Numbered from the stretch's first letter, positions 13,140 through 25,560 are shown. The stretch: DNA of 64,000 nt from Octopus vulgaris (GCA_951406725.2 OX597818.1:34596001-34660000), one strand, 5' to 3'. The notes: generated by a model from the sequence alone, not told the origin. A program made the numbers and translations.

Positions 13140-13323
13140 TTTCTTCCTCCTTCTCCTCCTCCTTCACATTCTCCTCCTCGTTGTCTTCATTTTCCTCCTC
13201 CTCCTCATTCCCTTCATTGTCCTCATCCCACATCCCCCTCCTCCTCCTCATCATCATCACCATCACCACCACCATTACCACCACCATCATCATCATCATC
13301 ACCACCACCGCCACCACCAGAAC

Positions 13324-13362
<39 letters not shown>

Positions 13363-13585
13363 TATCATCATCATCACCATCACCATCACCGTCATCGTTG
13401 TCATTGTCGTCATCATCGTCATCATCATCATCATCATCATTATCATCATTGTCATTGTCATCATCATCATCATCATCATCATTGTCATTGTCATCATTAT
13501 CATCATAATCATCTGCTTTGATGTCATTATCATCATAGCCCTTGCCAAAGTCATCACCACCTTCTTTTGTTATTACCATCATCAC
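13140..13585. repeat. (TCC)/(CAT)/(CAC) trinucleotide array
   Basis: direct; source of the poly-D/I/M pseudo-ORFs. Confidence 0.95.
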
Positions 13586-13844
13586 TGCTTTAATGCCTAT
13601 TTTCCCTTGCTTACATAGAATGTGGAGCATACCTAAAAGTTTAACAAGATCCTCATTTTCCTGTGAAATGTGTGTCATTTGCTTATTCCTCTGATAACAA
13701 CAAAGCTCAGTAGCTTGAATTTTATAATTCAGACGAATAGCTAGGAGTATATTTGGTTTTCTGAAATCTTGCTCAATCAAATGCATCATTTTGAACTCAA
13801 AATGCAATCAATTGAAGAAGTTTGTGTTCTTCTATTAGCTGTTG

Positions 13845-14160
13845 CGTGAGGTCGTTGCCAGTGCCACTGGACTGGCTCCTGTGCAAGTGCCACATAAAAT
13901 GCACCATTTGAGCGTGGCCATTGCTAGTACCCCCTGACTGGCCCTCGTGCCGGTGGCACATAAAAGTACCCACTACATTCTCGGAGTGGTTGGCGTTAGG
14001 AAGGGCATCCAGCTGTAGAAACTCTGCCAGATCAGATTGGAGTCTGGTGCAGCCATCCGGTTCACCAGTTCTCAGTCAAATCATCCAACCCATGCTAGCA
14101 TGGAAAGCGGACGTTAAACGATGATGATGATGATGATGATGATGATGGTGATGGTGATGG

Positions 14161-14190
<30 letters not shown>
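13845..14190 (+). mobile_element. RTE 3'UTR fragment with (GAT)n tail
   Basis: family motif; ggaaagcggacgttaaacgatgatg end. Confidence 0.8.
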
Positions 14191-14192
<2 letters not shown>

Positions 14193-14452
14193 CCATGCAA
14201 AAATCTCTTCTGTTACTGTTACTGTTCAGGCCACACTAATTTATTACAGAACTGTTTCAATGCAAGGTATAAAGTAAAGTTTATGAGCTACTACTGATTA
14301 TGCTCTGCCAACTTGTCACAACTTAAATAGCTCATATAATGATCTGTTTTGACAAGGCACTGATGTCACCTACTCTTTTTATACGAGAAATATAGTTGAT
14401 TGAATCAAGCCCAGCATGTGACTGGATGTTAGTAATATTTAATAAAGTTGAA

Positions 14453-14666
14453 GTTGGCAAGCTGGCAGTATCATTAGCATGTTCGGTGCAATGCTTAATG
14501 GCATATCAACTATCTTTGTATTCTGAGTTTATATTCCGTTGAGATCGACTTTGTCTTTCATCTTTTTGGGGTCAATATAATAAGTTTATAATAAGGACTG
14601 GGCTCTATGTAACTGACTTACCCACTCCCCTGAAATTGCTGGTCTTGTGCCAAAAATTTGAAATCA
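14453..14666 (+). mobile_element. Nin/Deu-like SINE with 18-bp TSD
   Basis: gactttgtctttcatc..ggggtcaatataataag body; aatatttaataaagttga on both sides. Confidence 0.7.
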
Positions 14667-14984
14667 ATATTTAATAAAGTTGACCTTGGAAGGGCTTGGA
14701 TTCACAATTTTAGTGGTAGTTATTTTATCAGCCCTGGTATGATGATAAAGTGAAGTCACCTTTAGTATGACTTTAAGGATAAAATTAAATTCTAACCCTA
14801 AATTTAGCATATTCTAAGGCAGAATAGACATAGCTATTTTAGGAGAATGTTAAATTGAAGATCTTTTGAAAGATCAGTTCTTTACTGTTCTGGATTCAAG
14901 CAGAGATAAGGTTTGATTTTTTTTTCCTTTCTTGCTTATTGAGTGTGCAATTCAGGTTTTAATTTTTGTCTTAAGGAATTTTTC

Positions 14985-15300
14985 CAGCAAGGCTCACCAA
15001 TGGAGAAGTTCTTAAGCAGATGAGGCCGAAAATGTCGCTAGAAACTAGGATCACCAAGCATAGATTGGCATATTTCGGTCATATTATGCAGAGAAAATCC
15101 CTGGAGAAGGACATCATGCTCGGAATGGTCAGTGGCAAGAGAGGAAGAAGCTGACCAAGAACCCGCTGGCTTGACACCATCAAGAGTGATACCGGAATGG
15201 ACATAGCCAATCTGAAAGAAGCGGCTCAGGATAGAACTTACTGGAGGACACTGATCCAACAAGTGACTGAGAGTCAACTTTGATTGAGCGGTTAGAGAGA
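14985..15300 (+). mobile_element. RTE LINE 3' end (second family)
   Basis: YFGHIMQR..LEKDIMLGMVSGKRGR..PRTRWLD. Confidence 0.85.
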
Positions 15301-15980
15301 GAGCACTACTCAGTAAAAGAGATGGACATCATAATTTCCTTTCTATTCTCTCCTTCAACTTTTAAGCCATTTGGTTCAATTGTGTCCTAATAAGCCATTC
15401 AGGCAATTATTAGAAGCTGTACTCTGTAGTGTAGATTTTTATAACACATTATCCCATATAAAGAAGCTACACAAAGGAACAACTCATTTTGTCACCAGAT
15501 TGACTTCTTGTGACTGAAATAAAGGGTTTCCATTTTTTTCTCTCTTCATAAAGATGATAAGAATTTCAAAGATTTCTTTTCTTAACAGAAATATAAGAAT
15601 ATGCTATTTGCATGCATTAGCAAAAAATTTTCAACATGCATCACTTGCTATAGATATGCAATATCCCTAATAAATACATTTTATATGTATATTTTATGAA
15701 AATATATTCAATTACCTACAGTTTAATGCATAATACAAAAAGGTTAAATCAGAATTAGCTGCATAAAACTAGCAAATTTAAAAGATCCATACACCTATAA
15801 ATTTTAAGAAGAGTGAAAAATATTGCAAAAATGATTTTTGTATTGAACCATTTTAGGGTGAAATTGATGGTGAGGGGAGATAATCAATGTAAGAAACTGA
15901 TATTTACAATTGAAAATATATGTAAGAGAGCTTTTTGTGAGAAGAAAGTTTTCATTTTTTAGAATTTAAATGATTCAAAC

Positions 15981-16330
15981 TCATCATCATCATCGTTTTA
16001 ATGTCCGTTTTCCATGCTACCACGGGTTGGACGGTTCGACCGAGGTCTAGGAAGCCAGGAGGCTGCACCAGGCTCCAGTCTGATCTGGCAGTGTTTCTAC
16101 AGCTGGATGCCCTTCCTAACGCCAACCACTCCATGAGTGTAGTGGGTGCTTTTTACGTGCCACCGACACAGGTGCCAGGGGAGGCTGGCAGCACCCATAA
16201 TCGGTTGGTGCTTTTTACATGCCACTGGTACAGAAGCCAGTCAAGGCAGTGCTGGCATCGGCCACGTTCAGCTAGTGCTTTTTACGTGCCACTGGCACAG
16301 GTATCACAACTACAATTTCCATTTGATATC
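15981..16330 (-). mobile_element. RTE 3'UTR fragment
   Basis: family motif with (CAT)n at the left end. Confidence 0.8.
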
Positions 16331-16516
16331 TATGTCAAAAATTATAGCTAAGTGTTAGCATAATGAACAGAGCTATAGATATGGTAAAGAAAAAAACAAT
16401 ATCTTCAGCCAGTACAGGAGACAACTGTAAAATTTTTCAGTCATTTTCTTATTTCTTCAGCAAGGCATAGTTTTTAATGTACTTGCTAAAGTAATGATTG
16501 AAAAATCACTTAATAA

Positions 16517-17678
16517 CTCTAATACGTAAATGGCAATTTCTTTCTGTCTGTCTGTTACCATCTTGCTGCCTACACTAGTGAACTAATCTTGATGAAACTT
16601 TGCATACAGGTTAAACTAACATCCAGTTGAATTATAAGCCAATTGTATTTCAATAAAAATTTATAATGAGCCTTCTAGGGATGGGGTGTAGCACATGTTT
16701 ACAAATCAACAGCACATGTACTGATATGAATTAAGTAAAGCTTCTGTAAGGCTCAGCCATGCACTCCTTCCTGTAAACAGTGTATGACCTTTGTGAGAAC
16801 AACACAGCTTTCCAAAAGGAAAATAATAAGTTTGAAGTACAAGAACACGATGCCACCACAAGAGCAAGCAAAGCTTAGCTCTAAAACTGCACGCAAATGA
16901 CAAATGCAGCAAAGGCATTCACAGGTATGTCATGCTCATGCAAAGATTAATTTTTTTACTTAGCTTAATCGACTTGAGTAGGTAAAGAATTTAAGTAATC
17001 TGGATTTTGATTTTCCTACTGTATACAAATTTTGTTTCATATATTGTATACAATTATCTATTTGTAAATACATATGTAAATTTATTTGTAAATCTATTTG
17101 TCAATACATTTGTAAATCTATCTATTTATGTATTTTATTTTACTCAGATGCATGTTCGTTTGTTAAAATAATATAGGGACATTCCTTATTCACTCACTAA
17201 TCAAATTAATAATCTGTAATACCAATGTTTAGCAATAAATTATTACCATAAACGATGCATTGAGCATAAAGATGGGAACTGAAGAAGAAATGGTATAGGA
17301 CATGGAACAATGTAATGGTAAATGGGAACTGGGAATAACTCCTGCTTTCCTAGTATTACCAGTCAACTCATTTATTTTACTCAGATGCATATTCGTTTGT
17401 TAAGATAATATAGGGATATTCCCCATGAATCGTATTAATAGTTTGTAATACCTATTTTTACCAATAAACTATTACCAAAGGTTAATAAAATATTCATTGG
17501 CTTATTACACCTAACTGATTCTAAAATTTATATAAGGACATCATATTGGGGATAGGAATGGGAGTGGATCTAAAATGGGAACTGGACAGGGAACAGGATA
17601 GGACATAAAACAATGTAATGGGAACGGGAACTGGAAATAACCCTTGCTTTTTTGAGTATTACTGGGTAATTCAGCTAG
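16517..17678 (+). mobile_element. non-autonomous Helitron-like element with internal ~240-bp tandem duplication
   Basis: 5' tctaatacgtaaa + ctgtctgtctgt + ttgatgaaactttg; 3' gggtaattcagCTAG; 17135-17370 repeated from 17373. Confidence 0.55.
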
Positions 17679-18080
17679 CGTATAATATTGTTCATTTATT
17701 GGTGTAGAAATAGAGTTGTTTAGAAATGAAATAATTCAGACACTCCGTTTAAAAAAAGAAAAACATAATTAAGTTAATGCTAACATAATTATTGCATGAA
17801 GCATTTAAAAAAGCTAACTAATTATAAAGCAAGGAAAAAAAAATAATAATAGTCAAGGAGTGATATTATTTAGATTTTTCCAACAAGTATAGGAATATTC
17901 AGTATTGTTTCTCATATTTGCTGGAAAAATGGAAAGAATAAAATCAAATGAATTAAACCTGCTGTGTGACAGGCTGTTAGTAGTATTTAATGAAGTTGAT
18001 CTTGGAAGGACTTGAATTCAAGATTTAACTGGTAGTTATCATATCAAGCCAGGACCAATGACAAATATTGTACAGTTCCA

Positions 18081-18418
18081 TTATCATCATTTAACATCCG
18101 CTTTCCATGCTAGCATGGGTTGGACGATTTGACTGAGGACTGGTGAACCAGATGACTGCACCATGCTCCAATCTTGATCTGGCAGAGTTTCTATGGCTGG
18201 ATGCCCTTCCTAATTTCAATCACTCCAAGAGTGTAGTGGGTGCTTTTACATGTCGCCGGCACGAAGGCCAGTCAGGCGGCACTGGCAATGGCCACGCACA
18301 AATGATGCTTTTTATGTGCCACCTGCACAGGAACCAGCAATGACCTTGCTTGAATGTTTTTTCGCGTGCCACCAGCACAAGTGCCAGTAAGGTGACACAG
18401 GTAACAATCACGCTCAAA
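18081..18418 (-). mobile_element. RTE 3'UTR fragment flanked by 171-bp direct repeat
   Basis: 17910-18080 matches 18419-18589. Confidence 0.85.
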
Positions 18419-18730
18419 TCTCATATTTGCTGGAAAAATGGAAAGAGTAAAATCCATTGAATTAAACCTGCTGTGTGACAGGCTGTTAGTAGTATTTAAT
18501 GAAGTTGGTCTTGGAAGGACTTGAATTCAAGATTTAACTGGTAGTTATCATATCAAGCCAGGACCAATGACAAATATTACACAGTTCCAATGTATTCAAA
18601 TTCTGTAGCAACTGTATAAATGCTCTGACTTTCAGTTGCAGATTATGAGATGGACAGCATTGAACTGAGGAAAATTGATCATCATCATTGTCATCATTAT
18701 CGTAATCCTCATTCAGTAATAGCAGCAGCA

Positions 18731-18920
18731 GTGGAGGCACAATGGCCCAGTGGTTAGGGCAGCAGACTCACGGTTGTAGGAATGAGGTTTCGATTCCCAG
18801 ACCGAGCATTGTGAGTGTTTATTGAGCAAAAACACCTAAGCTCCACGAGGCTCCGGTGGGGGGGGGGGCGTTAACCCCGCTGTATTCTTTCACCACAACT
18901 TTCTTTCACTCTTTCTTCCT
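18731..18920 (+). mobile_element. tRNA SINE 5' half (head A)
   Basis: matches 3661-3850. Confidence 0.8.
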
Positions 18921-19377
18921 ACTTCTGCCACAAAGCAGAGGAACCATGGTGTAACCCACTATGGTGTGGTAAACTTTCAGACCCTAGTCTAGATTGTGAA
19001 TCCTCTGTACCCCAGGATGGTTCAGCTCTCCACCTGTTAAAAGCTACCTTTTATGGAATGATGATAACAACGTAGCTTTCACACCCATGCAACTGCCAGT
19101 CTATCGCATGTGGTGGGTGGATCTTTAAGTTGCCACACGCATTCTTAGTAGCTTAGTGGTGTGAGACCTGATTGGAAGAAGAAGAAGAAGAAGAAGAAGA
19201 AGAAGAAGAAGAAGAAGAAGAAGAAGAAGAAGAAGAAGAAGACAGCATCAGCATTGTCATCAATGTCATTGTTGTCATCATCACCATCACCATTGTCATC
19301 ATTTTCACATCCATTTTTCCATATTTGCATGTGGGACAAAGGTTTTCTCGAATGTTTGAACATTATCCTTTACATTA

Positions 19378-19700
19378 GTGAAGGCACATGGCTCAGTAGT
19401 TATAGGTATTCGGTCCATGATCATAAGACCATGAGTTCAATTACTGCCAGTGCAATGTGTCCTTGAGCAAGACACTTTATCTCACATTGCTCCAGTCCAC
19501 TCAGCTGGCAAAAATGAGTAGTACCTGTATTTCAATGGGCCAGTCTAGTCACATTCTATGTCATGTTCAATCTCCCTAAGACCTACATTAAGGGTATGCA
19601 TGTATGTGGAGCATTCAGCCACTTGCATGTTAATTTCATGAGCAGGTAGTTCCATTAATTGAGTCAACTCGAACACTCATTGAGTGGCAGTTGCCAGTAT
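19378..19700 (+). mobile_element. tRNA/CORE-like SINE (head B, tail X)
   Basis: tggctcagtag..gagttcaatt; tgtgtccttgagcaagacac; tail shared with the 3661 element. Confidence 0.8.
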
Positions 19701-19761
19701 TTGTTACATTAATAGGAAAAGTGTTCATGCAATGCAGTTAATGGAAACAGTAGGATGAAAC

Positions 19762-20380
19762 AGCAGGAATTTCAACCATGTTTCGTGGTCTGTTACCACA
19801 ACAGCTCTTTTATAGGATCCAATTAGTTCAAGACATCATCAGGAGGAACCACGTCCGGTTTCGGCCCCTATTCCTCTACCGTTTTGACATGGCAGGCCCC
19901 ACCCTTTCGGAGGTGTCTTCAGCTCTGGTGTTGAGTGCATGTCTTCTTTCTCCTTCTTTCTTCTGTTCCCTGGCTTCTTTGATGTAGCGTCAATGAGTGT
20001 CAGTGGGCGATTGATTGTCTTATCAAATTTCCCTTTAAATACCTGCTGTTAGGCTCCAGCAGGCAGCTGCAACAAGTTGTCACATGACACTGTCTCAACT
20101 TTAACTGACCAATGGAGGGCGCGTAGTCTTAGCCCACGCATTCTCTAAATGAGACCGTCATCTGTCAATCAGCGAAGCTACTTCAGTGTCAGCCTGTCCC
20201 ACCTAGTGATGTTATTTTCCTGCTGCGAAGAAAATGTCTGTTCAAAATTTAATACTTCGGCTGGTTTTTACACATCAAGTAAATATTTAGGTGCCATGTT
20301 ATGTCCTCTTCAATTATCCTCGATTAAATATGCAGCCATATTAACAGCTATTTGGAGAGTGTAATTTAAACGTAACCCAA
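19762..20380 (-). mobile_element. unclassified repeat, possibly a Penelope-like terminal repeat
   Basis: longer homolog of 7266-7493; CTGATGA...GAAAC on the minus strand; right boundary uncertain. Confidence 0.5.
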
Positions 20381-21004
20381 GGCACTCTAAATTTGGCAAG
20401 AACAGAGAACATCTTAGTGGCTCTGATGTCTGCAATGCTCTGAAAAATTGGTGGCTTTATTGAATGTATTTCTGGATTTATAGGCTGAATTCACAGAAAA
20501 TTCTAATCAGGCCATTGAACTTTCATATGAATAACAGCTGTTTTTTGTTAAAAATCTCAATTGCATAGTATAATTGAATTGTGATTTGAGATTTGTATGT
20601 GGCAAAATGCAGGATCAAATCTAATTGTTGTGGAAAATTTTTTACAGCTGGATGCCTTTCCTTCCAGGCAAGGTAATATGACAACCAGACATGTTTTCAC
20701 AACTGATTGGAAATTAACAATATTACATGTATGATGGTGACATTTACTTATAATTATTATATGATATCAAGACAGGGAGACACAACACACTCACACACAC
20801 ACGTGCATACAAACATGTATCTTTATATATAATGGGTTTCTTTCAGTTTCCCCTCAATCAAATCCACTCACAGATTTTGGCTAACCTAATGTTATAACAG
20901 AAGACCTTTGCTCAAGGTACCATGCGGTAGGACTGAACCAGAAACCATGCGGCTTGTAGGCAAACTTCTTAACTACACTGCCATGCCTATGCCTAATTAA
21001 TATT

Positions 21005-21220
21005 CTTTTATTCTTTTATTTGTTTCAATCATTTGATTGCAGCCATGCTGGAGCACCATCTTTAGTGGAATAATTCAACCCCAGGACTTATTCTTTGTAA
21101 GCCTAGTACTTATTCTATTGGTCCCTTTTGCCAAAATGCTAAGTTACAGGTATGTAAACACACCAACATCGGTTGTTAAGTGATGGTGGGGGGGAAAACA
21201 CAGACACACAAACATATACA

Positions 21221-21256
<36 letters not shown>

Positions 21257-21263
21257 TACATAC

Positions 21264-21360
<97 letters not shown>

Positions 21361-21520
21361 GACAGGCTTCTTTCAGTTTCCGTCACCAAATACCAAATCC
21401 ACTCACAAGGCTTTGGTTGGCTATAGTAGAAGATACTTGCCTAAGTTACTATGCAGTGTGACTGAACCTGGAACCCTATGGTTGGGAAGCAAGCTTCTTA
21501 TCATACAGTCACACCTGCAC
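21005..21520 (-). mobile_element. CORE-like tRNA SINE
   Basis: same family as 12305. Confidence 0.85.
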
Positions 21521-22610
21521 CTATGTTTAAGAAAAATATGTTGAAAAAATCAAAAGAAATCCTATCAAACATATTAACTAGTAACATTTTCTCTTCAACA
21601 CATGTTTTAACCCTTTAGCTTACATAGTATTCTGTCAAATGTAATGCTCATTTATCCACATAAATACATAAAATTTTGGATTTATGAAGGGTCAAAGTTA
21701 GGAACAAAAACAGGACAGTGGAGACATACAGGGAAACTAGACGAAAACAAACATGGAGGGTCATTAGACCTGAACAAGGGGAAAATAGTGAATACAGAGA
21801 GAAATATTTTCTTTGAAGAGAAAAGATAGAAGAGAGAGAGATATAGGAGACGTCCTGTCCTTATAACGTCCAAGCAGGAAAGAAAGATGGTTACCTAAGG
21901 AAAAGAAAGATGGACGATGGTCACATGTGAGCAATGAGAGAGAGAAAAAGAGAAAGAGGAGGAGAAAGAGAGACATAAAAAACGGTGATTAGAGAGGATA
22001 GGGGAGAAAATAGTATAGTCACACACACAGTAGTTGACATTAGGAAGGGCAGCCAGCTCTAGAAACACTGCCAGATCAGACTGGAGCCCGGTGCAGCCTC
22101 CTGGCTTCCCAGACCCTGGTCGAACCTTCCGACCCATGTTAGCATGGAAAACAGACGTTAAACGATGATGATGATGATGATGATGATGATATATATATAT
22201 ATATACGACAGGCTTCTTTCAGTTTCCGTCTACCAAATCCACTAACAAGGCTTTGGTTGGCCTAAGGCTATAGTAGAAGATACTTGCCTAAGGTACTATG
22301 CAGTGTGACTGAACCTGGAACCCTGTGGTTGGGAAGCAAGCTTCTTACCATACTGTCACACCTGCACCTATGTTTAAGAAAAATATGTTGAAAAAATAAA
22401 AAAAGAAATCCTATCAAACATATTAACTAGTAACATTTTCTCTTCAACACATGTTTTAACCCTTTAGCTTTCATTGTATTCTGTGAAATGTAATGCTCAT
22501 TTATCCAGATTGTTTTTAATTAAGAATTAATTATCTTGTAGCTTTTAGATTTCAGTGATGTGAGTGTTTAGTATTACAGGGACATTATAGAGTAGGTGTG
22601 AGAGGCCAGA

Positions 22611-22730
22611 TCTTGATGGGGGATCACTCGGCTCGTCCGTCGATGAAGAGCATGGCTATCTGCGTGAACTGATGCGAATTGCAGGACTCAGTGAACATCG
22701 ACAGTCTCGAACACACATTGTCCCGGGGCC
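22611..22730 (+). pseudogene. 5.8S rRNA-derived sequence
   Basis: tcttgatgggggatcactcggctcgtccgtcgatgaagagc..tgcgtgaactgatgcgaattgcaggac.cagtgaacatcgac..tcgaacacacattg follows the eukaryotic 5.8S consensus; no 18S or 28S recognised nearby. Confidence 0.9.
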
Positions 22731-23185
22731 CCATTGTCCTGGGGCCCCATTGTCCCGGGGCCCCATTTGGTCGAGAGGTGTTGCGTCCCCAAAGCCCATC
22801 CCCTCCTCACCATGGTGGGGATGCTGGCAACGGGTAGTGTCAGAGCTATGCCGTCGGGAACTTCGGTTCCTGATAGGGCCACCCAAGGTGGATTGGTCTG
22901 ACACCGAGCGGTATTAGGGCCACAACCCGGCAGACGGGGCTCCGGTGAAAATCCTCGGAGTGTCTTTTTCGGCAACCGGCAGCTCCTCAGTCGTTCTGTC
23001 CCTGCGTCTGCGGACAATCTGCGGCAAACAGGATGTCTCTACATGCGGGATTGTTGGGGACTGCTTGTGAAATTCATATTCCCACGAAACTTTTTCCACT
23101 GCCATTGTTCGAGATGCCTCGAGGGTGGTAGAAGAAGCCGACTCAACCCGCCCAGGATGAATGTCACCACAAGTACAAGTAAGTA
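22614..23185 (+). mobile_element. 5.8S rRNA-headed, RTE-related non-autonomous retroposon
   Basis: AGATCT at 22608-22613 and 23186-23191; GC-rich body; caagtacaagtaagta tail. Confidence 0.7.
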
Positions 23186-23529
23186 AGATCTAGCTGGTTT
23201 CAACATACAACAGGTAGAATATTTTGACCTGATGTGGCTGGTTTTTAAATGCTAAAGAGTTAAAGACATTAAACATTAACTTATCATATAAACCATTCTA
23301 GCAGGTTAAACTGGATAAGAAAACCAGGTTAAATGTATAATCAAGCTATTCCACTTATGTAGAACATTGATGTCCTTGGGAAAAAAGTATAAATGCTATG
23401 CACTGTTTATCTACCACCTGAAGTTGAAAGGACTTATGGGTAAGAGACATTTTGGCACAGCTGTTTCGGTGTTACTGATTCAATACTGACTTGTTTGACA
23501 TCAAATGATTTAGTGTTTCTCTCATTTTA

Positions 23530-23857
23530 ATTTCTCTCTTTCTTTTCTCTCTCTCTTCTCTCTTTCTCTTCTCTCTTTCTCTTCTCTCTCTCTCTCTCTT
23601 TCTCTTCTCTTCTCTCTCTCTTTCTCTTTTCTCTCTTTCTCTTCTCTCTCTCTTTCTCTTCTCTCTCTCTCTCTCTCTTTCTTTTCTCTCTCTCTCTTTC
23701 TTTTCTCTCTCTCTCTTTCTTTTCTCTCTCTCTCTTTCTTTTCTCTCTCTCTTTCTTTTCTCTCTCTCTTTTCTCTCTCTCTCTCTTTCTTTTCTCTCTC
23801 TCTCTCTCTTCTCTCTCTCTCCTATCTTCTCTCTCTATCTTTCTTTCTCTCTTTCCT

Positions 23858-23892
<35 letters not shown>

Positions 23893-23900
23893 CTCTCTTC
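23530..23900. repeat. (CT)n/(CTTT)n polypyrimidine tract
   Basis: direct. Confidence 0.95.
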
Positions 23901-24009
23901 GTTTATGTGTGTGAGCTCACTTCTCTTTTCATATGTGAGAAGGGGAAAGTGCTTATTATATGAATATTATTATTGATTTGACTCAGGTTCTGTCTTATTC
24001 CTGGAAGGA

Positions 24010-24205
24010 TTTATATGGGTAGCAGGTTACTACCTGTAATCTTAGGTAACCACTAGCTTTCAATAGTCTTTCAAGTGCTTAGAACCCCACTGCTAATCTT
24101 CCAGTCCCTAAGAGGCAAACTATCTGCAGAAGATCTACAGGACATTCTATTCCAAACTCCTTCAACCAAATTTCTATATATTTGCTTACAGTTGCCAATA
24201 CACCA
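24010..24205 (-). mobile_element. R4/Dong-like LINE extreme C-terminus and 3'UTR
   Basis: FGVLATVSK...LLQIVCLLGTGRL, resembling GALGT..LQK..LLGTARIL. Confidence 0.7.
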
Positions 24206-24206
24206 A

Positions 24207-24207
24207 A

Positions 24208-24296
<89 letters not shown>

Positions 24297-24462
24297 TTAT
24301 TATTGTTGTTGTAGTAGTAGTAGTAGTAGTAGCAGCAGCAGCAGCAGCAGTAGCAGCGGCAGCAGCAGTGGTAGCAGCGGCAGCAGCACCAGCAGTAGTA
24401 GCAGTAGTAGTAGTAGTAGTAGTAGTAATAGTAGTAGTAGTAGTATCATCATCATTATCATC
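24207..24462. repeat. (TAT)(TAG)(CAG) compound trinucleotide array
   Basis: direct. Confidence 0.95.
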
Positions 24463-24994
24463 ACGTATCTCTCTCTGTCTCTGTCTGTCTGTCTCTCTCT
24501 TTATATGCATACACTCCTGTGCGCATGCCAATGTGTGTGTGTATGCACATGTGTGTGCACATGCACACTTCAGCACCAAAAAATACTGACGCTGAAACAG
24601 GTGCAGTGTTCACTCAGCCATGCCAAATTGCTAGCATCCAAACAGCTGTGCTCATTCTTCTCCTTTAAAGGAATTATCACCCTTTGATGGATACTTCTTA
24701 TGTCAAACAGTCAAGTAATTGACTCTACTGTACAATGTGTTGAATAAATAGAATCGATTTCAGCAACATAACAAAAGGATTTTAAGCTGACAAAGAAGAA
24801 CAATGATAGCAATAATAATGTTGGGATTGCAATCAATTACTTTTTCTAAATTTCTCCACAAACTTCACAACTTTATACTTTATGTTACTTTTAATTTAAT
24901 TTAAAAAAAATTTTTTTTTTTTTTACATTTTCCTGACATATAAAGGAAAATATTTAACAAAGGAAACATAGTGACAATATCAGTTTAGATTTTA

Positions 24995-25560
24995 AGGTGA
25001 TGAGCTGGCAGAATCGTTAGCATGCTGGGGAAAACGCTTAGTGGCATTTCATCTGACTTTAAGTTCTGAGTTCAAATTCCATCATCTTTAAGTTAAGAGT
25101 TTGAACTCCCTCACCCTTTTGAGGTCAATAAAATAAGTACCTATTTCTTTACTACCCACAAGGGGCTAAACACACAGAAGGGACAAACAAGGACAGACAA
25201 ACAGATTAAGTCGATTACATCGACCCCAGTGTGTACCTGGTACTTAATTTATCGACCCCAAAAGGATGAAAGGCAAAGTCAACCTTGGCGGAATTTGAAC
25301 TCAGAATGTAACAACAGACGAAATACCTATTTCTTTACTACCCACAAGGGGCTAAACACAGAGAGGACAAACAAGGGCAGACAAGCAGATTAAGTCAATT
25401 ACATCGACCCCAGTGTGTACCTGGTACTTAATGTATTGACCCCGAAAGGATGAAAGGCAAAGTCGACCTCGATGGAATTTGAACTCAGAACGTAATGACA
25501 GACGAAATACCGCTACGCATTTCGCCCGGCATGCTAACGTTTCTGCCAACTTGCCACCTT
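24995..25560. mobile_element. nested Nin/Deu-like SINEs; the minus copy has a ~186-bp tandem duplication
   Basis: 25138-25323 matches 25324-25510; cccgaaaggatgaaaggcaaagtc motif. Confidence 0.8.

Larger units (their letters stand above)
22460..23259. mobile_element. piggyBac-type MITE (host of the 5.8S element)
   Basis: TTAA-ccctttagc ... gctaaagag-TTAA termini; partial relatives at 21607 and 42020-42140. Confidence 0.65.

Noticed and set aside
13013-13807. Long ORFs of 166-201 aa (also 8578-9042, 24079-24589, 4293-4748, 28089-28520)
   Set aside because: Translations of tri- and dinucleotide microsatellites, open in several frames.
19058-19171. C/D box snoRNA (ATGATGA...CTGA)
   Set aside because: No convincing terminal stem or guide; lies in a repeat-like segment ending in (GAA)n.
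22611-22730. Functional rDNA unit
   Set aside because: No 18S or 28S recognised, 3' end rearranged, and it sits inside a TSD-flanked insert.
22775-22835. HDV-like ribozyme (cctcctcac..ggcaac wording)
   Set aside because: P3/L3 spacing and the G1-U wobble could not be fitted.
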